This document shows, piece after piece, positions 28,474 through 38,489 of a DNA stretch of 57,395 nt (the first letter of the stretch is position 1; every line of letters begins with the position of its first letter). The stretch spans positions 1 to 57,395 of the forward strand of contig JAYSWN010000139.1 in the NCBI GenBank assembly GCA_043718025.1. Reading direction: 5' to 3'. The stretch comes from Pseudomonadota bacterium (GTDB lineage Bacteria > Bdellovibrionota > FAC87 > UBA2466). The notes below the pieces were generated by a model, which was given only the letters and a program-made list of their open reading frames with translations, ran no database searches and was not told the DNA's origin. The translations under genes were made by a program, and so were the position numbers.

Positions 28474-29816
28474 TCAAAGACACAACTCACCCGTTTCTAT
28501 GGGGGGTGGCAACCAGTTCCCATCAAGTAGAAGGCAACAACCGCCACAACGACTGGTGGCAATGGGAAGCCGAAGGCAATATCGAAAATAACGAGCGCTC
28601 GGGTGACGCCTGCGATCATTGGAACCGCTATAAAGAAGACCTCGGTATCGCCAAATCAATGGGCGTAAACTGCTACCGTTTTTCGATCGAGTGGTCGCGA
28701 GTTGAGCCCGAAGAAGGCAAGTGGAACGAAGCGGCGATCGATTGGTACGTTGAGCTCGTAAAAGAGTGCGAGCGGCTCAACATCATGCCGATGGTCACCT
28801 TGCACCACTTCACCGTGCCCAAATGGCTTGCCGATAAAGGGGGGTTTCTTTGGGAAAAGGCGGCGGGGCGTTTTGCCGGCTACACCCATAAGATTGCCGA
28901 ACGGCTCGGTTCGCGCGTGCCGTTCTGGTGCACGCTTAACGAACCTAACTCGCTCACCATCGGTCAGTATTTAGGCGCCTTTATGCCTCCGGCCCGTTTT
29001 GCTCCGAAACTGGTTGCCCAATCGTGTCGAAATTTACTCATCGCCCATCTGAAGGCTTACGAAATTCTCCATAAGTACGCGGCAAAGCGCGAGGGGCTTT
29101 TCGCCACCGTTCCGTTGAAAGTGGGCGTTGCCCACAACGTCATTCAATTCTTGCCCCGACACCGCTGGAATCCACTGGAGCGTGTACTTGCCCACTCGTT
29201 TCACCGTTTTTATAACTTAGCCTGGCCCGATGCCTTGACCGGGCGGCACCAGCACTTTGGGGCCTTTGGACTGATCCCCTCGCCCCGTCAAGTGTGGGAA
29301 GCCCGTCGCAAAAAGTGCATTGATTTCTTAGGCATCAATTACTACATGAAGGTTTACGTCTGCATGGGGCCGCAGAAAGAGACCGCCAACTTTATCAAAT
29401 CGCGGTTGCCCCTGGGCATCGTTTTTGCGCTTCCCGGCGACCAGGTTTCAGACCTCGGCTGGGCGATTCACCCCGAAGGGCTAGAATCGCTTTTGGTCGA
29501 AATGAGCGGCTACGGCCTTCCACTCTACATCACCGAAAATGGCATTGCCGACGCCAAAGACGTGCACCGGGCCAATTACCTAAGAAGCCACGTGGGCGCG
29601 GTTATTCGGGCGCGAAGTCGGGGGGCCACGATTGACGGCTACGTTCACTGGTCATTGATGGATAATTTTGAGTGGATAAAGGGGTTCGAGCCGCGCTTCG
29701 GTTTGATTGAAATCGATTACCCCACTCAGAAACGAACTCTTCGGCCCTCGGGTGAGGTGTACGCCCAGATTATCGCCGAAAGTCTAAAAAATCCAGGTGG
29801 TTATCCGGCGCCCTAA
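28470..29816 (+). CDS. Glycoside hydrolase family 1 (beta-glycosidase)
   Basis: FLWGVATSSHQVEG, TLHHF, NEP, ITENG, WSLMDNFEW. GTGA overlap with the GT21 gene. Confidence 0.95.
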   Translation: MIKDTTHPFLWGVATSSHQVEGNNRHNDWWQWEAEGNIENNERSGDACDHWNRYKEDLGIAKSMGVNCYRFSIEWSRVEPEEGKWNEAAIDWYVELVKECERLNIMPMVTLHHFTVPKWLADKGGFLWEKAAGRFAGYTHKIAERLGSRVPFWCTLNEPNSLTIGQYLGAFMPPARFAPKLVAQSCRNLLIAHLKAYEILHKYAAKREGLFATVPLKVGVAHNVIQFLPRHRWNPLERVLAHSFHRFYNLAWPDALTGRHQHFGAFGLIPSPRQVWEARRKKCIDFLGINYYMKVYVCMGPQKETANFIKSRLPLGIVFALPGDQVSDLGWAIHPEGLESLLVEMSGYGLPLYITENGIADAKDVHRANYLRSHVGAVIRARSRGATIDGYVHWSLMDNFEWIKGFEPRFGLIEIDYPTQKRTLRPSGEVYAQIIAESLKNPGGYPAP

Positions 29817-29889
29817 ACGCCGTTTCTCTTCATTTGGGTTAGGTTACCCACTGGCTTACCGCGGTGAAATATGGCATACCTACGACCCC

Positions 29890-31998
29890 ATGCAGCAGTT
29901 TCGGGTATTACCGACATTACCATCCCTCCTCGAAAATCCTGGTCAGCCCTTTATCCACCGCGACGTCAGCTGGCTTCAATTCAATGAGCGAGTACTCGAT
30001 GAGGCCCGAGAAATTAGCGGCAACCCGCTTTTAGAGCGCCTTAAGTTTTTAGCTATCACCTCCACCAACCTCGACGAATTTTTCATGATCCGTTTTGCGG
30101 CGCTTTCTAAACGCTTAAAAGGCGCCACAAAAAAGAAGGCGTCGGAGATGATCCTCGGAAAAAGGTTAAAAACGATTCACGATTCACTGTTAGAAAACGT
30201 AGCAAAATTTGGCGTGAAGCAGATCGAAGTGTTTGACCATCTAGTTGCTGAAATTGCCGATGCCGGAATCGAAGTGGTAAAAAACTCGGCGCTCAGTCCC
30301 GAGACCATGCGACTTGGTAAAGGGTTGTTTGAGTCGCAAGTGCTGCCCAAACTCGCACCGCCCGAAACATTCGAAATGTCTAAGCTGGGGCTGCTTGAAA
30401 ATTTAAAAATGGCGGCGATATTTCCCGAAGGGCTCTGGTTTAGGATTTCGCGTACCTTGCCTCTCACCTACACTACCCGCGACGAAGCCGGTCGACTCTA
30501 TTTCTTCTTTTTAGACGATCTGATCATCAATTTTTTGGGCGACACGTTTGGCTTAAAAAACCATCCCGCGTTGATTCGATTAACCCGTGATGCTGATTTC
30601 ACCGCGGATATAGGAGACGCTGACCCCTCTTCAATTCCTGACGTCGTTAAAACGAGCCTGGGCAAACGTGAAAAAGGGGTGCCCGTACGCGTGCAATATC
30701 ACGGCGACGTGTTAACCGATTTTTTGGAGCAAGTGTCGTCGGCGTTGCGAATTTCGCCCGGCCAGATTCTTCCCGCGCCGGCTTCGCTCTGTTTGCAAGG
30801 CCTCTGGGCGGTTTACAACCACCAAGCCCCTGAGTTGCTAAGCGAGCGCCAAGGTTTGCGCTATGCCACCTTGGCCCCCAAAATCCCGGTCGAATTTTAC
30901 GACGCTGAGACTATGTTTCAATCTTTGCGTAGTCGCGATTTTTTATTGCACCATCCGTACGATACGTTCGAAGCTTACATTGAATGGATTCGCCAGTCGG
31001 CAATCGATCCTAAGGTTGAAACCATTGAGATGACGATTTATCGCATGGACAAGTCGTCGCCGCTGATTGAAGCATTGAAGACCGCCGCCCATACCAAAAA
31101 GGTGAGGGTGATTATTGAACTGCGAGCCCGTTTCGATGAATTCAACAACCTGCGTTTAACCGATGAGCTGAAAAAAGCGGGAGTAGAAGTGGCGTTTGGT
31201 TTCGGAAAACTGAAGCTCCACGCTAAATTTACTTTAGTGACTCGCAAAGAGGATGGCATTGCCCGCCGATACACCCATCTGTCGACGGGAAACTATAATG
31301 CTACTACCGCTCGTACTTACACCGACATGGCCATTCTCACCGCCAACGCCGATATTGGAAACGATGCGCGCCACTTTTTCGACTGCGCTTTCGCCGGAAA
31401 AGTACCTAACCGTTTTAAGACCTTGGTTTCGGCACCCACCCGATTGCATCAGCGCCTAATAAATCACATTCATGCCGAAACTGAAGCGGCTCGTCGCGGC
31501 GAAAAAACTCGAATTGTGGCGAAGGTGAACGCCCTAGTGGATCAAGAAGTGGTTGAGGCACTTTATGAGGCTTCGCGCGCCGGTGTTTCGATTGATTTGA
31601 TTGTGCGCGGTGCGTGTTCGTTGGTGCCAGGTGTTTCGGGCATTTCTGAAAACATACGGGTTATCAGCGTGGTCGATCGTTTTCTGGAGCACAGCCGCAT
31701 TTACTATTTTGAGAGCGAAGGCGCCATGTACCTCTCGAGCGCCGACTGGATGCCCCGCAATTTTTTCTCACGCTTGGAGATCGCGTTTCCCATTTTGGAC
31801 CAGCGTATCTTTTCGTACATTCGCGATATTGTGATTCCCACCTACCTTTCTGACAATGCTAAGGCGCGGGAATTGACTCCGCAGGGAACTTGGAAACGAC
31901 GGCCGGCACGAAAAGGGAAAGCCTCTATCCGTTCACAAAGTGTTTTCGAAAATTTAGCCATAGGCAATTACCAGGGGACCTCGCTGCCTCATGCCTAA
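29890..31998 (+). CDS. ppk1: Polyphosphate kinase 1
   Basis: RDVSWLQFNERVL, NLDEFFMIR, LHHPY, LKLHAK, DRFLEHSR and SADWMPRN motifs. Confidence 0.97.
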   Translation: MQQFRVLPTLPSLLENPGQPFIHRDVSWLQFNERVLDEAREISGNPLLERLKFLAITSTNLDEFFMIRFAALSKRLKGATKKKASEMILGKRLKTIHDSLLENVAKFGVKQIEVFDHLVAEIADAGIEVVKNSALSPETMRLGKGLFESQVLPKLAPPETFEMSKLGLLENLKMAAIFPEGLWFRISRTLPLTYTTRDEAGRLYFFFLDDLIINFLGDTFGLKNHPALIRLTRDADFTADIGDADPSSIPDVVKTSLGKREKGVPVRVQYHGDVLTDFLEQVSSALRISPGQILPAPASLCLQGLWAVYNHQAPELLSERQGLRYATLAPKIPVEFYDAETMFQSLRSRDFLLHHPYDTFEAYIEWIRQSAIDPKVETIEMTIYRMDKSSPLIEALKTAAHTKKVRVIIELRARFDEFNNLRLTDELKKAGVEVAFGFGKLKLHAKFTLVTRKEDGIARRYTHLSTGNYNATTARTYTDMAILTANADIGNDARHFFDCAFAGKVPNRFKTLVSAPTRLHQRLINHIHAETEAARRGEKTRIVAKVNALVDQEVVEALYEASRAGVSIDLIVRGACSLVPGVSGISENIRVISVVDRFLEHSRIYYFESEGAMYLSSADWMPRNFFSRLEIAFPILDQRIFSYIRDIVIPTYLSDNAKARELTPQGTWKRRPARKGKASIRSQSVFENLAIGNYQGTSLPHA

Positions 31999-32455
31999 AA
32001 AGACCTTTGTGCTGGTTCGGCACGCTCATCGTGACACCGACTCCGGAAGAGAAAAAGACAATGGCCTTTCCGCTAAGGGAAGAGATCAAGCCAAAGAATT
32101 CCGCGACGCCATGCTGGAAATGGCGCTTGATCAACCCGCAGTTTTTCTGAGCAGCCCCAAAAAGCGGTGTGTAGAAACCTTGGAGCCGTTGGCCAAGAAA
32201 ATGGGATCTCCCGTTGAGATTGACAAACTTCTTGATGAACAATCGCACGGTGAATCTTACTCGGGTCTTGAACGCCGCATTGATCTGTTCATCGCTTGGG
32301 TGCAGCGGGCTAGCGTGCCGCTAATTATTGCCAGTTCGCACGGTGATTGGATTCCGGCCTTCATGGAAAAAGCGGCCAGTCAGGTCCGTGATTTTCGCAA
32401 GGGCGAATGGGTTTGCTTAGAGGTTACCCACAAGGGGCCTTGGAAGGCCCTCTAA
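31991..32455 (+). CDS. SixA-like histidine phosphatase
   Basis: LVRHA, SSPKKRC.ET and SHG motifs; overlaps the ppk1 stop. Confidence 0.85.
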   Translation: MPKKTFVLVRHAHRDTDSGREKDNGLSAKGRDQAKEFRDAMLEMALDQPAVFLSSPKKRCVETLEPLAKKMGSPVEIDKLLDEQSHGESYSGLERRIDLFIAWVQRASVPLIIASSHGDWIPAFMEKAASQVRDFRKGEWVCLEVTHKGPWKAL

Positions 32456-32462
32456 GCACGCG

Positions 32463-33107
32463 CTAGATTTCAATTCCCATCAGTAAACACTGTTTAGGTT
32501 CCTCGATCACGGCAAAAGGAGTGGTTCCATCCATCGTAAAGTCTTTATACGCCAGGGCGTGTAGAGTGCGGAAGCCCAGTCGGGAACACATGGTTTGGGA
32601 ACCGGTGCCGGTGGTTTCGGCTACGGCAAACTCAAAGCCTGCGTCGGCGGCGATTTCTAGAGACTCGAGCAACAATTGTTTGGCGAGGCCATGTCGGCGG
32701 TATTCTTTTAGTACCCCAAGGTTAAATAGGTGAAACAGGCGATCGGTAGTTACTCTGAGAGTGGTTAAACACGCCTGGTCGATTTGTTTGAGAAATTCGA
32801 ACAACGGGGCAAACTTCTCATCCAGCGGCAGCTGAGTGAAATCAGCGATTGTGCTAAATGGCTCGTTGATGCAGAAACCAGCGACTTTTTGAGCGTCGTG
32901 GTCCCACGCCAGAACACTCAGCTGTTCGGCGATGGCTTTCTCACAAACAAATTGCGAGAAAGACTCTGACTCAGCTGGCGTGATGGCGAGCGCATTCATC
33001 ATGGCTTCGCCCTTCTCATGGGCAAAAGCGAGCAAATGGCATTCCATTAATTCAAAGAAATCGTTTTCCTTGATCATCCGAATTTCTATGTGGGATCGGT
33101 TATTCAT
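32463..33107 (-). CDS. GNAT acetyltransferase, arylalkylamine N-acetyltransferase-like
   Basis: LGVLKEYRRHGLA and AETTGTGSQ...RLGF motifs; abuts the decarboxylase stop. Confidence 0.8.
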   Translation of the reverse strand: MNNRSHIEIRMIKENDFFELMECHLLAFAHEKGEAMMNALAITPAESESFSQFVCEKAIAEQLSVLAWDHDAQKVAGFCINEPFSTIADFTQLPLDEKFAPLFEFLKQIDQACLTTLRVTTDRLFHLFNLGVLKEYRRHGLAKQLLLESLEIAADAGFEFAVAETTGTGSQTMCSRLGFRTLHALAYKDFTMDGTTPFAVIEEPKQCLLMGIEI

Positions 33108-34232
33108 TTAGGCCACCTTGTTTTGATGTTGCGCCATCTCCGCGACAAAACGGTCGATCTTTTCAATCGTGACTCCGGGCATGACGATGATGTGGGAGTT
33201 TTCATTTTGCGTGGCGAGCTGCCAGCGGCGGATCAAATCGTCATCTGGACGGGGAAAGACCACGGTGTTCGACCACTCGTTGTGCCACGCCGGGCAGCCA
33301 ATTTGATTTAATTGTTGTTCGGCGTAATCGGTTAGCTCTAAACACTGCGAGGCCAATCGGCTTAGGCCTTCTGCGCCGTTGCGCTGCAGAACCTGCCATA
33401 AAACGATGGTCGAAAAGGCATCGCGCGAACCTGAAATGGTGGCATCATTTGAGCCAATGTATTCCACTGAAGACCTTACCGCCTGCACGTGTTTGCGTCT
33501 GGCTAGGACCAAGCCGCAGGGGATCGGGGATCCTAAAAATTTATGACCTGAAATCGAAATGCTGCCGATGGGAAGCCTGAAATCAATCTTGGGGGCTTTT
33601 GCAATGAATGGAAGCATCGCCCCGCTGAGCGCGGCGTCACAGTGAATATAGAATTTGGAAACATTCTGACGAATTAAAATCTCCAAAATTTTTGGAACGC
33701 TATCGATCGCACCTTTCATCGTCGTACCAATGTTGGCATTGATAATGATGGGGTAGTGGCGCAAGAGCGCGACGGCGCTTTCTAAATGACGATAGTCGAC
33801 CTCGCCATTGGTTTGACATTGAATGACCGCACTTCGGCAATTGAGCAGACGCACCGCTTTGGGAATACTGTAATGAGTTTCGCTTGAGTAAAGAACGATT
33901 CCGTCGGGATAAGTTTCTCGCCCCAAAAAGAGACCATAAGTATTTCCTTCGGTGCCTCCGTTCGTCAAATAGCCCCAACCCTCCTCTGGCGAGAGCTGTA
34001 GCGCTTTTTTGAAGAACGCCAGAATTTCATTTTCAAGTTCAAAGGTGTGCATTCCGTTGTTACCCAGCTCGGGGTCACCAACATTGTTGATAGTAAAATT
34101 CAGAAAGCGCGAAAGATTTCCGTTATCGAGAAGTGAGCTGTTGGGGTAGCCAAGGTAGGTTTCTTGCTGCTCTGCAAGGTGATCGGCAAGGCGATCTAAA
34201 CGGTTCTGGTAACTTATTTTGGGTGCGTCCAT
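33108..34232 (-). CDS. PLP-dependent group II decarboxylase, histidine/serine decarboxylase family
   Basis: LGYP, INNVGDP, TNGGTEGN, HCDAAL, SGHKF (PLP Lys) and SGSR motifs. Confidence 0.9.
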   Translation of the reverse strand: MDAPKISYQNRLDRLADHLAEQQETYLGYPNSSLLDNGNLSRFLNFTINNVGDPELGNNGMHTFELENEILAFFKKALQLSPEEGWGYLTNGGTEGNTYGLFLGRETYPDGIVLYSSETHYSIPKAVRLLNCRSAVIQCQTNGEVDYRHLESAVALLRHYPIIINANIGTTMKGAIDSVPKILEILIRQNVSKFYIHCDAALSGAMLPFIAKAPKIDFRLPIGSISISGHKFLGSPIPCGLVLARRKHVQAVRSSVEYIGSNDATISGSRDAFSTIVLWQVLQRNGAEGLSRLASQCLELTDYAEQQLNQIGCPAWHNEWSNTVVFPRPDDDLIRRWQLATQNENSHIIVMPGVTIEKIDRFVAEMAQHQNKVA

Positions 34233-34292
34233 GGGAAGAAAGGATGACCGTAACCCCAAAACTTCTCAAGTTAGCGAACCGTCAAAGATTGG

Positions 34293-35186
34293 TTACGGAA
34301 TCACAAAATCGCGGATAACCGCCATGTGTTGCATGTTTTGCGCGGCGCTATCACCGATGCGAACCGGTGGCACGGCTTCCAGGGGCCGGAACGTTCGCGA
34401 GTCAAAGACTAGGCCTTTTGGAAATCTGATTGTGTCGCGGCCGGCTAAAAGTTCAAGGGGAACGTGGTGCCTATCCAATGCCGGATTTGAAAGCAAAAGA
34501 TCATAGGGCTTATTGCGGGCGGCGTTGGTACCCGCTTTCCCGTCGCTGCCCACCGGAATGAATTTATCGGCGAAAACTGTTTTTAAAACGCGAATGGCCT
34601 CCTCGTCACGGTTAGTGGTATTGGCGTCGGCGCCAAATATTAGGTACTCGCCCGACTTCACTCGTTTCATAACGAAATCTACCACTACCTTTGACGCTTG
34701 CGTGCGACGACCGCCACCGTCATGGCTATAGTGTGCGCTGAAAACCCACAGCTTGGTGGTGCCCGGTAGATCAATCTTTGCCCAGGCGATGCCTCGGTTG
34801 TTAATGGTTGGGTCAGTGAGCACGCCCGATTCTAGAATGGGCCACGCACTAACGATGCCATTGGGAATCTTGCTGTCACCTTCGCTCGGTTCACGGTAGA
34901 AAAAATAGTTTTTTCCAAACGCTCGGTCCACGAATTCGCGAATCGCGTGCTCAGAGTTATCCCCGTAGTTAAATTCTTGAACCATGGCAACCTGGGGGGC
35001 AAAGGCGTGAAAGATTCGAGCCCCGTGCCCCTCATCGTAAGACTGTTCTGTTCCGCTGGTAATGTTTCCGGTCATGGCGCGAAGCTTGGTTTCGGCTGAC
35101 GCTACGCTGGCTAGCCAAAAGGCTAGAAAGAAACTAAATAATTTAGGAAGAGTATTTGAACTAGATATTGGAAATATATAACCCAT
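34293..35186 (-). CDS. Secreted endonuclease/exonuclease/phosphatase family protein
   Basis: GN, VQE, SAH, GADAN, YD and HMAV motifs; signal peptide. Confidence 0.85.
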   Translation of the reverse strand: MGYIFPISSSNTLPKLFSFFLAFWLASVASAETKLRAMTGNITSGTEQSYDEGHGARIFHAFAPQVAMVQEFNYGDNSEHAIREFVDRAFGKNYFFYREPSEGDSKIPNGIVSAWPILESGVLTDPTINNRGIAWAKIDLPGTTKLWVFSAHYSHDGGGRRTQASKVVVDFVMKRVKSGEYLIFGADANTTNRDEEAIRVLKTVFADKFIPVGSDGKAGTNAARNKPYDLLLSNPALDRHHVPLELLAGRDTIRFPKGLVFDSRTFRPLEAVPPVRIGDSAAQNMQHMAVIRDFVIP

Positions 35187-35324
35187 CTCTCGTTGCTACA
35201 GGGCGGCAATGATTCGGGTCAATTCGTTAACCAAAATGAGGTGACCTATCGTTACTTCTTGTTCTCAACACAAACCTGAAGGAGCACTGATAACCCCTGG
35301 TCATTTGCCAATTAAAATAGGGGA

Positions 35325-36074
35325 ATGAAAGCGACTCTCGTCCTTTGGATCGGTGTGCTTTTTTATAACCCGGCTTTTTCGACCGCGGAGTTTCAGCAGT
35401 TCGATGAAGCCTATCGCCATCGGCGCGACGTTAACTCTTTTCGTACCGCGCTAGAGGGTTACCGAAAAATTGGGAGGCAAGATCCCACCAATGCCGGCGC
35501 CGGATGGCGCACTGCGATGGCCTGCAGCTTTCTGGGGCTGAGGGTAGAAGCCGATGAGGACAAGATTGGTGAGGCGTACGCCGAAGGAAAAGAGGCGGCT
35601 CACCAAGCTCTGCGGCAAGACCCGCTTTGCGTCCCTTGTCACTTTTGGCGGGCGGTAAATCAAGTGTTGCACGCCAAAACCATAGGCGTCCTAAAAATGT
35701 TGTTTTCGCTTAAAGAAATTCGCGAACACTTAAAATTCGTAGCTGATCACGCCCCTGATTATCATCACGGGGCGGCCTTACGTTTTTTAGCCCTGATTGA
35801 TTGGAAGTTGCCGGGCTTCCTCGGTGGCGATAACGAGCGCGCCAAAGAGTATTTTGTTTTGGCGCTAAAGCATGGTCCAGACGAAGCCATGAATTACCAG
35901 ACGTACTTTGAATTCTTGCAAGATCAAGGCTCCGACGAAACGGTGGCTTTAGAGGTGTTACGAAATGGGGCCGAGCTATCGCTTCCTCCGGTGGAACGAA
36001 TTGAATCTACCGACGCCCTTTTATTGCTACGCGAATGGTGGCGAGTGCGCCGGGAGAAGCACAATGTGTTATGA
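35325..36074 (+). CDS. Secreted TPR-like helical protein (TatT-like)
   Basis: Signal peptide, TPR-like helices, LPGFLGGDNERAKEYF. Confidence 0.7.
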   Translation: MKATLVLWIGVLFYNPAFSTAEFQQFDEAYRHRRDVNSFRTALEGYRKIGRQDPTNAGAGWRTAMACSFLGLRVEADEDKIGEAYAEGKEAAHQALRQDPLCVPCHFWRAVNQVLHAKTIGVLKMLFSLKEIREHLKFVADHAPDYHHGAALRFLALIDWKLPGFLGGDNERAKEYFVLALKHGPDEAMNYQTYFEFLQDQGSDETVALEVLRNGAELSLPPVERIESTDALLLLREWWRVRREKHNVL

Positions 36075-36142
36075 GCGTTGCGCTTAAAATGCGCAGCCGC
36101 AGTTTTTGTTTGGCCTTGTTCGCGGTTAAAGTTCGATTCCCA

Positions 36143-36682
36143 TCACGTTTTTTTAAACGCGGCTTCGATCTGGGCCAGCTGCTCCGTGGTCAGAGACTTC
36201 GCGTGCTTTGTGAGCATGTCCATGAAGAAACGGATCTCTTCCGGCAATTCGGGGCAGCCAATATTACCCGAGGCCGCAACCGAATTCGCTAACACCGCGC
36301 CGTTGGAATCAAGAAATGCGAACCAGGGAACCGAAATATAATCTAACTTTGCATACGTCTTGTAGAGCGGTTTGGCCTGCGGCACGACCGTAATATTGAT
36401 CTTCAGATCGACAAATTCAGAGTCGAAGGCCGCTTTCAATTGCGGACGGGCAAGTATTTTATCCATTCGCACGCAGTGCGGACACCCCGTGGTGCCAAAA
36501 CGAATAAAAACCATTTTACCTTCGGTTTTGGCCTGCGCCAAAGCGGAGTTGAGAAGATCTTGGGCAGTATCTTCCCTAACCAATGGCGACAAGCTTGTAC
36601 CAGCGAGGACTCCGGTCGAAGTGAACGCCATGCTAAAAAAGACAATCCAAAAATGAATCGGTAACCACTTCTGTTGAATCAT
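36143..36682 (-). CDS. Exported thioredoxin-fold protein
   Basis: CPHC motif, cis-Pro loop SVPW and N-terminal hydrophobic segment. Confidence 0.85.
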   Translation of the reverse strand: MIQQKWLPIHFWIVFFSMAFTSTGVLAGTSLSPLVREDTAQDLLNSALAQAKTEGKMVFIRFGTTGCPHCVRMDKILARPQLKAAFDSEFVDLKINITVVPQAKPLYKTYAKLDYISVPWFAFLDSNGAVLANSVAASGNIGCPELPEEIRFFMDMLTKHAKSLTTEQLAQIEAAFKKT

Positions 36683-36755
36683 ATGTTCCCCCAACAAAAG
36701 GGTACCAACTAATTTATTGGAACACTAGGGCTCCTTTCTTGTTACACTGGCGCCC

Positions 36756-37517
36756 GTGACGTTCACGACACACTTTGAAAGACTTTTCACCGCGTTGCGT
36801 TTTCGTAATCTTCACTTTAACGGGAATAAGAAACTTTTGATCGACCGGGCTTTTGCCCATTCAAGCCGAAGGTCTAGCTCATTTGCTGATCTAGGAGGGA
36901 TTTGGAAAGTAAACGGGGCGTATACTTTTTACGCCCTGCAAAATTTTGAAGTCGAACAAGCCTGGTTGGTCGATACTCATTTTTCTGAAGCGTCGAGAAG
37001 GAAAAGTCTGGGCCATCCGAATTTAAAGCTCGTGGAGAGCAATTTCGGTGATGCGGCAATTGCGGAGCGCATCGGCGAGGTAGATGCGGTCTTTTTGTTC
37101 GACGTGCTGCTTCACCAGGTTGCCCCGGATTGGGATGAGTTGCTTTCTCTCTACGCCAAACGCACAAAGCAATTTCTTATCTGTAATCCTCAATGGACGG
37201 GGCCGGGTGAAACACTTCGCCTTTTGGATCTGGAACGAGACGAGTACTTTCGGCAAATTCCGGGGCGGGTTCAGCAACAACTTTACCGCGAATTATTTGA
37301 AAAAATGCACGAAACGCACCCTACCCACAACCGTCCGTGGCGCGATGTTCACCACTTTTGGCAATGGGGAATTACTGATCAGGCACTAATTGCGAAAATG
37401 AGGGAACTTGGTTTTGAGATGACCTTCTACAAAAATTTTGGACGATTTGGTTCACTGCCAAACTTCGAGAGTCACGGTTTCCTCTTTGAAGCGTCCGTGG
37501 CCATTATTCCGGCCTAA
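36756..37517 (+). CDS. Putative SAM-dependent methyltransferase-like protein
   Basis: FADLGG motif I and VDAVFLFDVLLH. Confidence 0.6.
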   Translation: MTFTTHFERLFTALRFRNLHFNGNKKLLIDRAFAHSSRRSSSFADLGGIWKVNGAYTFYALQNFEVEQAWLVDTHFSEASRRKSLGHPNLKLVESNFGDAAIAERIGEVDAVFLFDVLLHQVAPDWDELLSLYAKRTKQFLICNPQWTGPGETLRLLDLERDEYFRQIPGRVQQQLYRELFEKMHETHPTHNRPWRDVHHFWQWGITDQALIAKMRELGFEMTFYKNFGRFGSLPNFESHGFLFEASVAIIPA

Positions 37518-38340
37518 TGGCCAGATAGTTTTCACGGGCAGAAAATGTGCCTGTGGCCGTCGGCAGCACTGTATAGGAGTATCCGAATTCCTTCAGAAAA
37601 TTTGGTATTGAGGGGTCGGAAATATTCCCTGTTGAATCACATTCATCCTCGAACAGTATCGCTCTGGGGGGGCGGGTTGAGAACAATTTACGAGCCCCTT
37701 GAAGAACTTTAATTTCCCATCCCTCGACATCGAGCTTGATGAGGGTGGGTGGGGTTACCCCTTCGGCGATCAACTCGTCCACAGTGCGAACTTGGACGGA
37801 ATGTCTTGGGGTGTTTGTCCCGGTGGGCAAAAAACTACCGAGCCCATTATTTATTGAATGCCCTTCGTGAAGGGTTTGCATTTCGCTGCGATCACCCAAC
37901 CCAAACGCGTAGGCTTTGCCAAAATAGTTTGGATTTAGGGCCAGGTTCGCCTTGAGGGCCAGAAAAATCTCTGGATGAGGCTCAAAGCAATGCACCTCAC
38001 GGACTTTAGGATCCTGCATCGCAAGTATTGCCACCATTCCCACGTGCCCGCCAATATCCCAAAGCACTTCGTCTTTTTTGGCTACCTTGGAAAGGCACGC
38101 CCAGACATCGTAATTATACCGATCTCGAAGCAACCAGAATTCAAGCACGCTCCTGAGATCTATGCTGATCAACCCATGGGGGCCGTGGGGGATTGTCAAT
38201 CTTGGGTAGCCAAACCATCGGTTGAGCAGATTCCAAATTCGCAGCTTCGACGGGTGGTCAGGACCCAAGTAATAGGAGATCAAGATTTTAGAAAGCGTCT
38301 TTCCGATTAGATGCGGCGGGCGGAGTTGTGCAGTCGGCAT
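37504..38340 (-). CDS. FkbM family methyltransferase
   Basis: WDIGGHVG, FEP and IKLDVEGWE..VLQG motifs. Confidence 0.9.
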   Translation of the reverse strand: MPTAQLRPPHLIGKTLSKILISYYLGPDHPSKLRIWNLLNRWFGYPRLTIPHGPHGLISIDLRSVLEFWLLRDRYNYDVWACLSKVAKKDEVLWDIGGHVGMVAILAMQDPKVREVHCFEPHPEIFLALKANLALNPNYFGKAYAFGLGDRSEMQTLHEGHSINNGLGSFLPTGTNTPRHSVQVRTVDELIAEGVTPPTLIKLDVEGWEIKVLQGARKLFSTRPPRAILFEDECDSTGNISDPSIPNFLKEFGYSYTVLPTATGTFSARENYLAIRPE

Positions 38341-38380
38341 AGGGAATTGTAACACGATAGTGCGTCAACCAGGTTGGCAA

Positions 38381-38475
38381 GCATAACTTTAACTCTCTTC
38401 AGAGATTTGAAGTTGAACAAGCCTGGCTAGTCGATGCTCATTTTTCTAAGAAAACGAAATCAAAAAAAACTGGGC
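38381..38475 (+). pseudogene. Remnant of a homolog of the 36756 methyltransferase-like gene
   Basis: 38406-38447 matches 36945-36986 at 38/42 nt (FEVEQAWLVDAHFS versus FEVEQAWLVDTHFS). Confidence 0.8.
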
Positions 38476-38489
38476 TGACCGATCGAGCC

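Noticed and set aside
33108..34232. Firm hdc (histamine) assignment
   Set aside because: Motifs are also compatible with serine decarboxylase; substrate left open.
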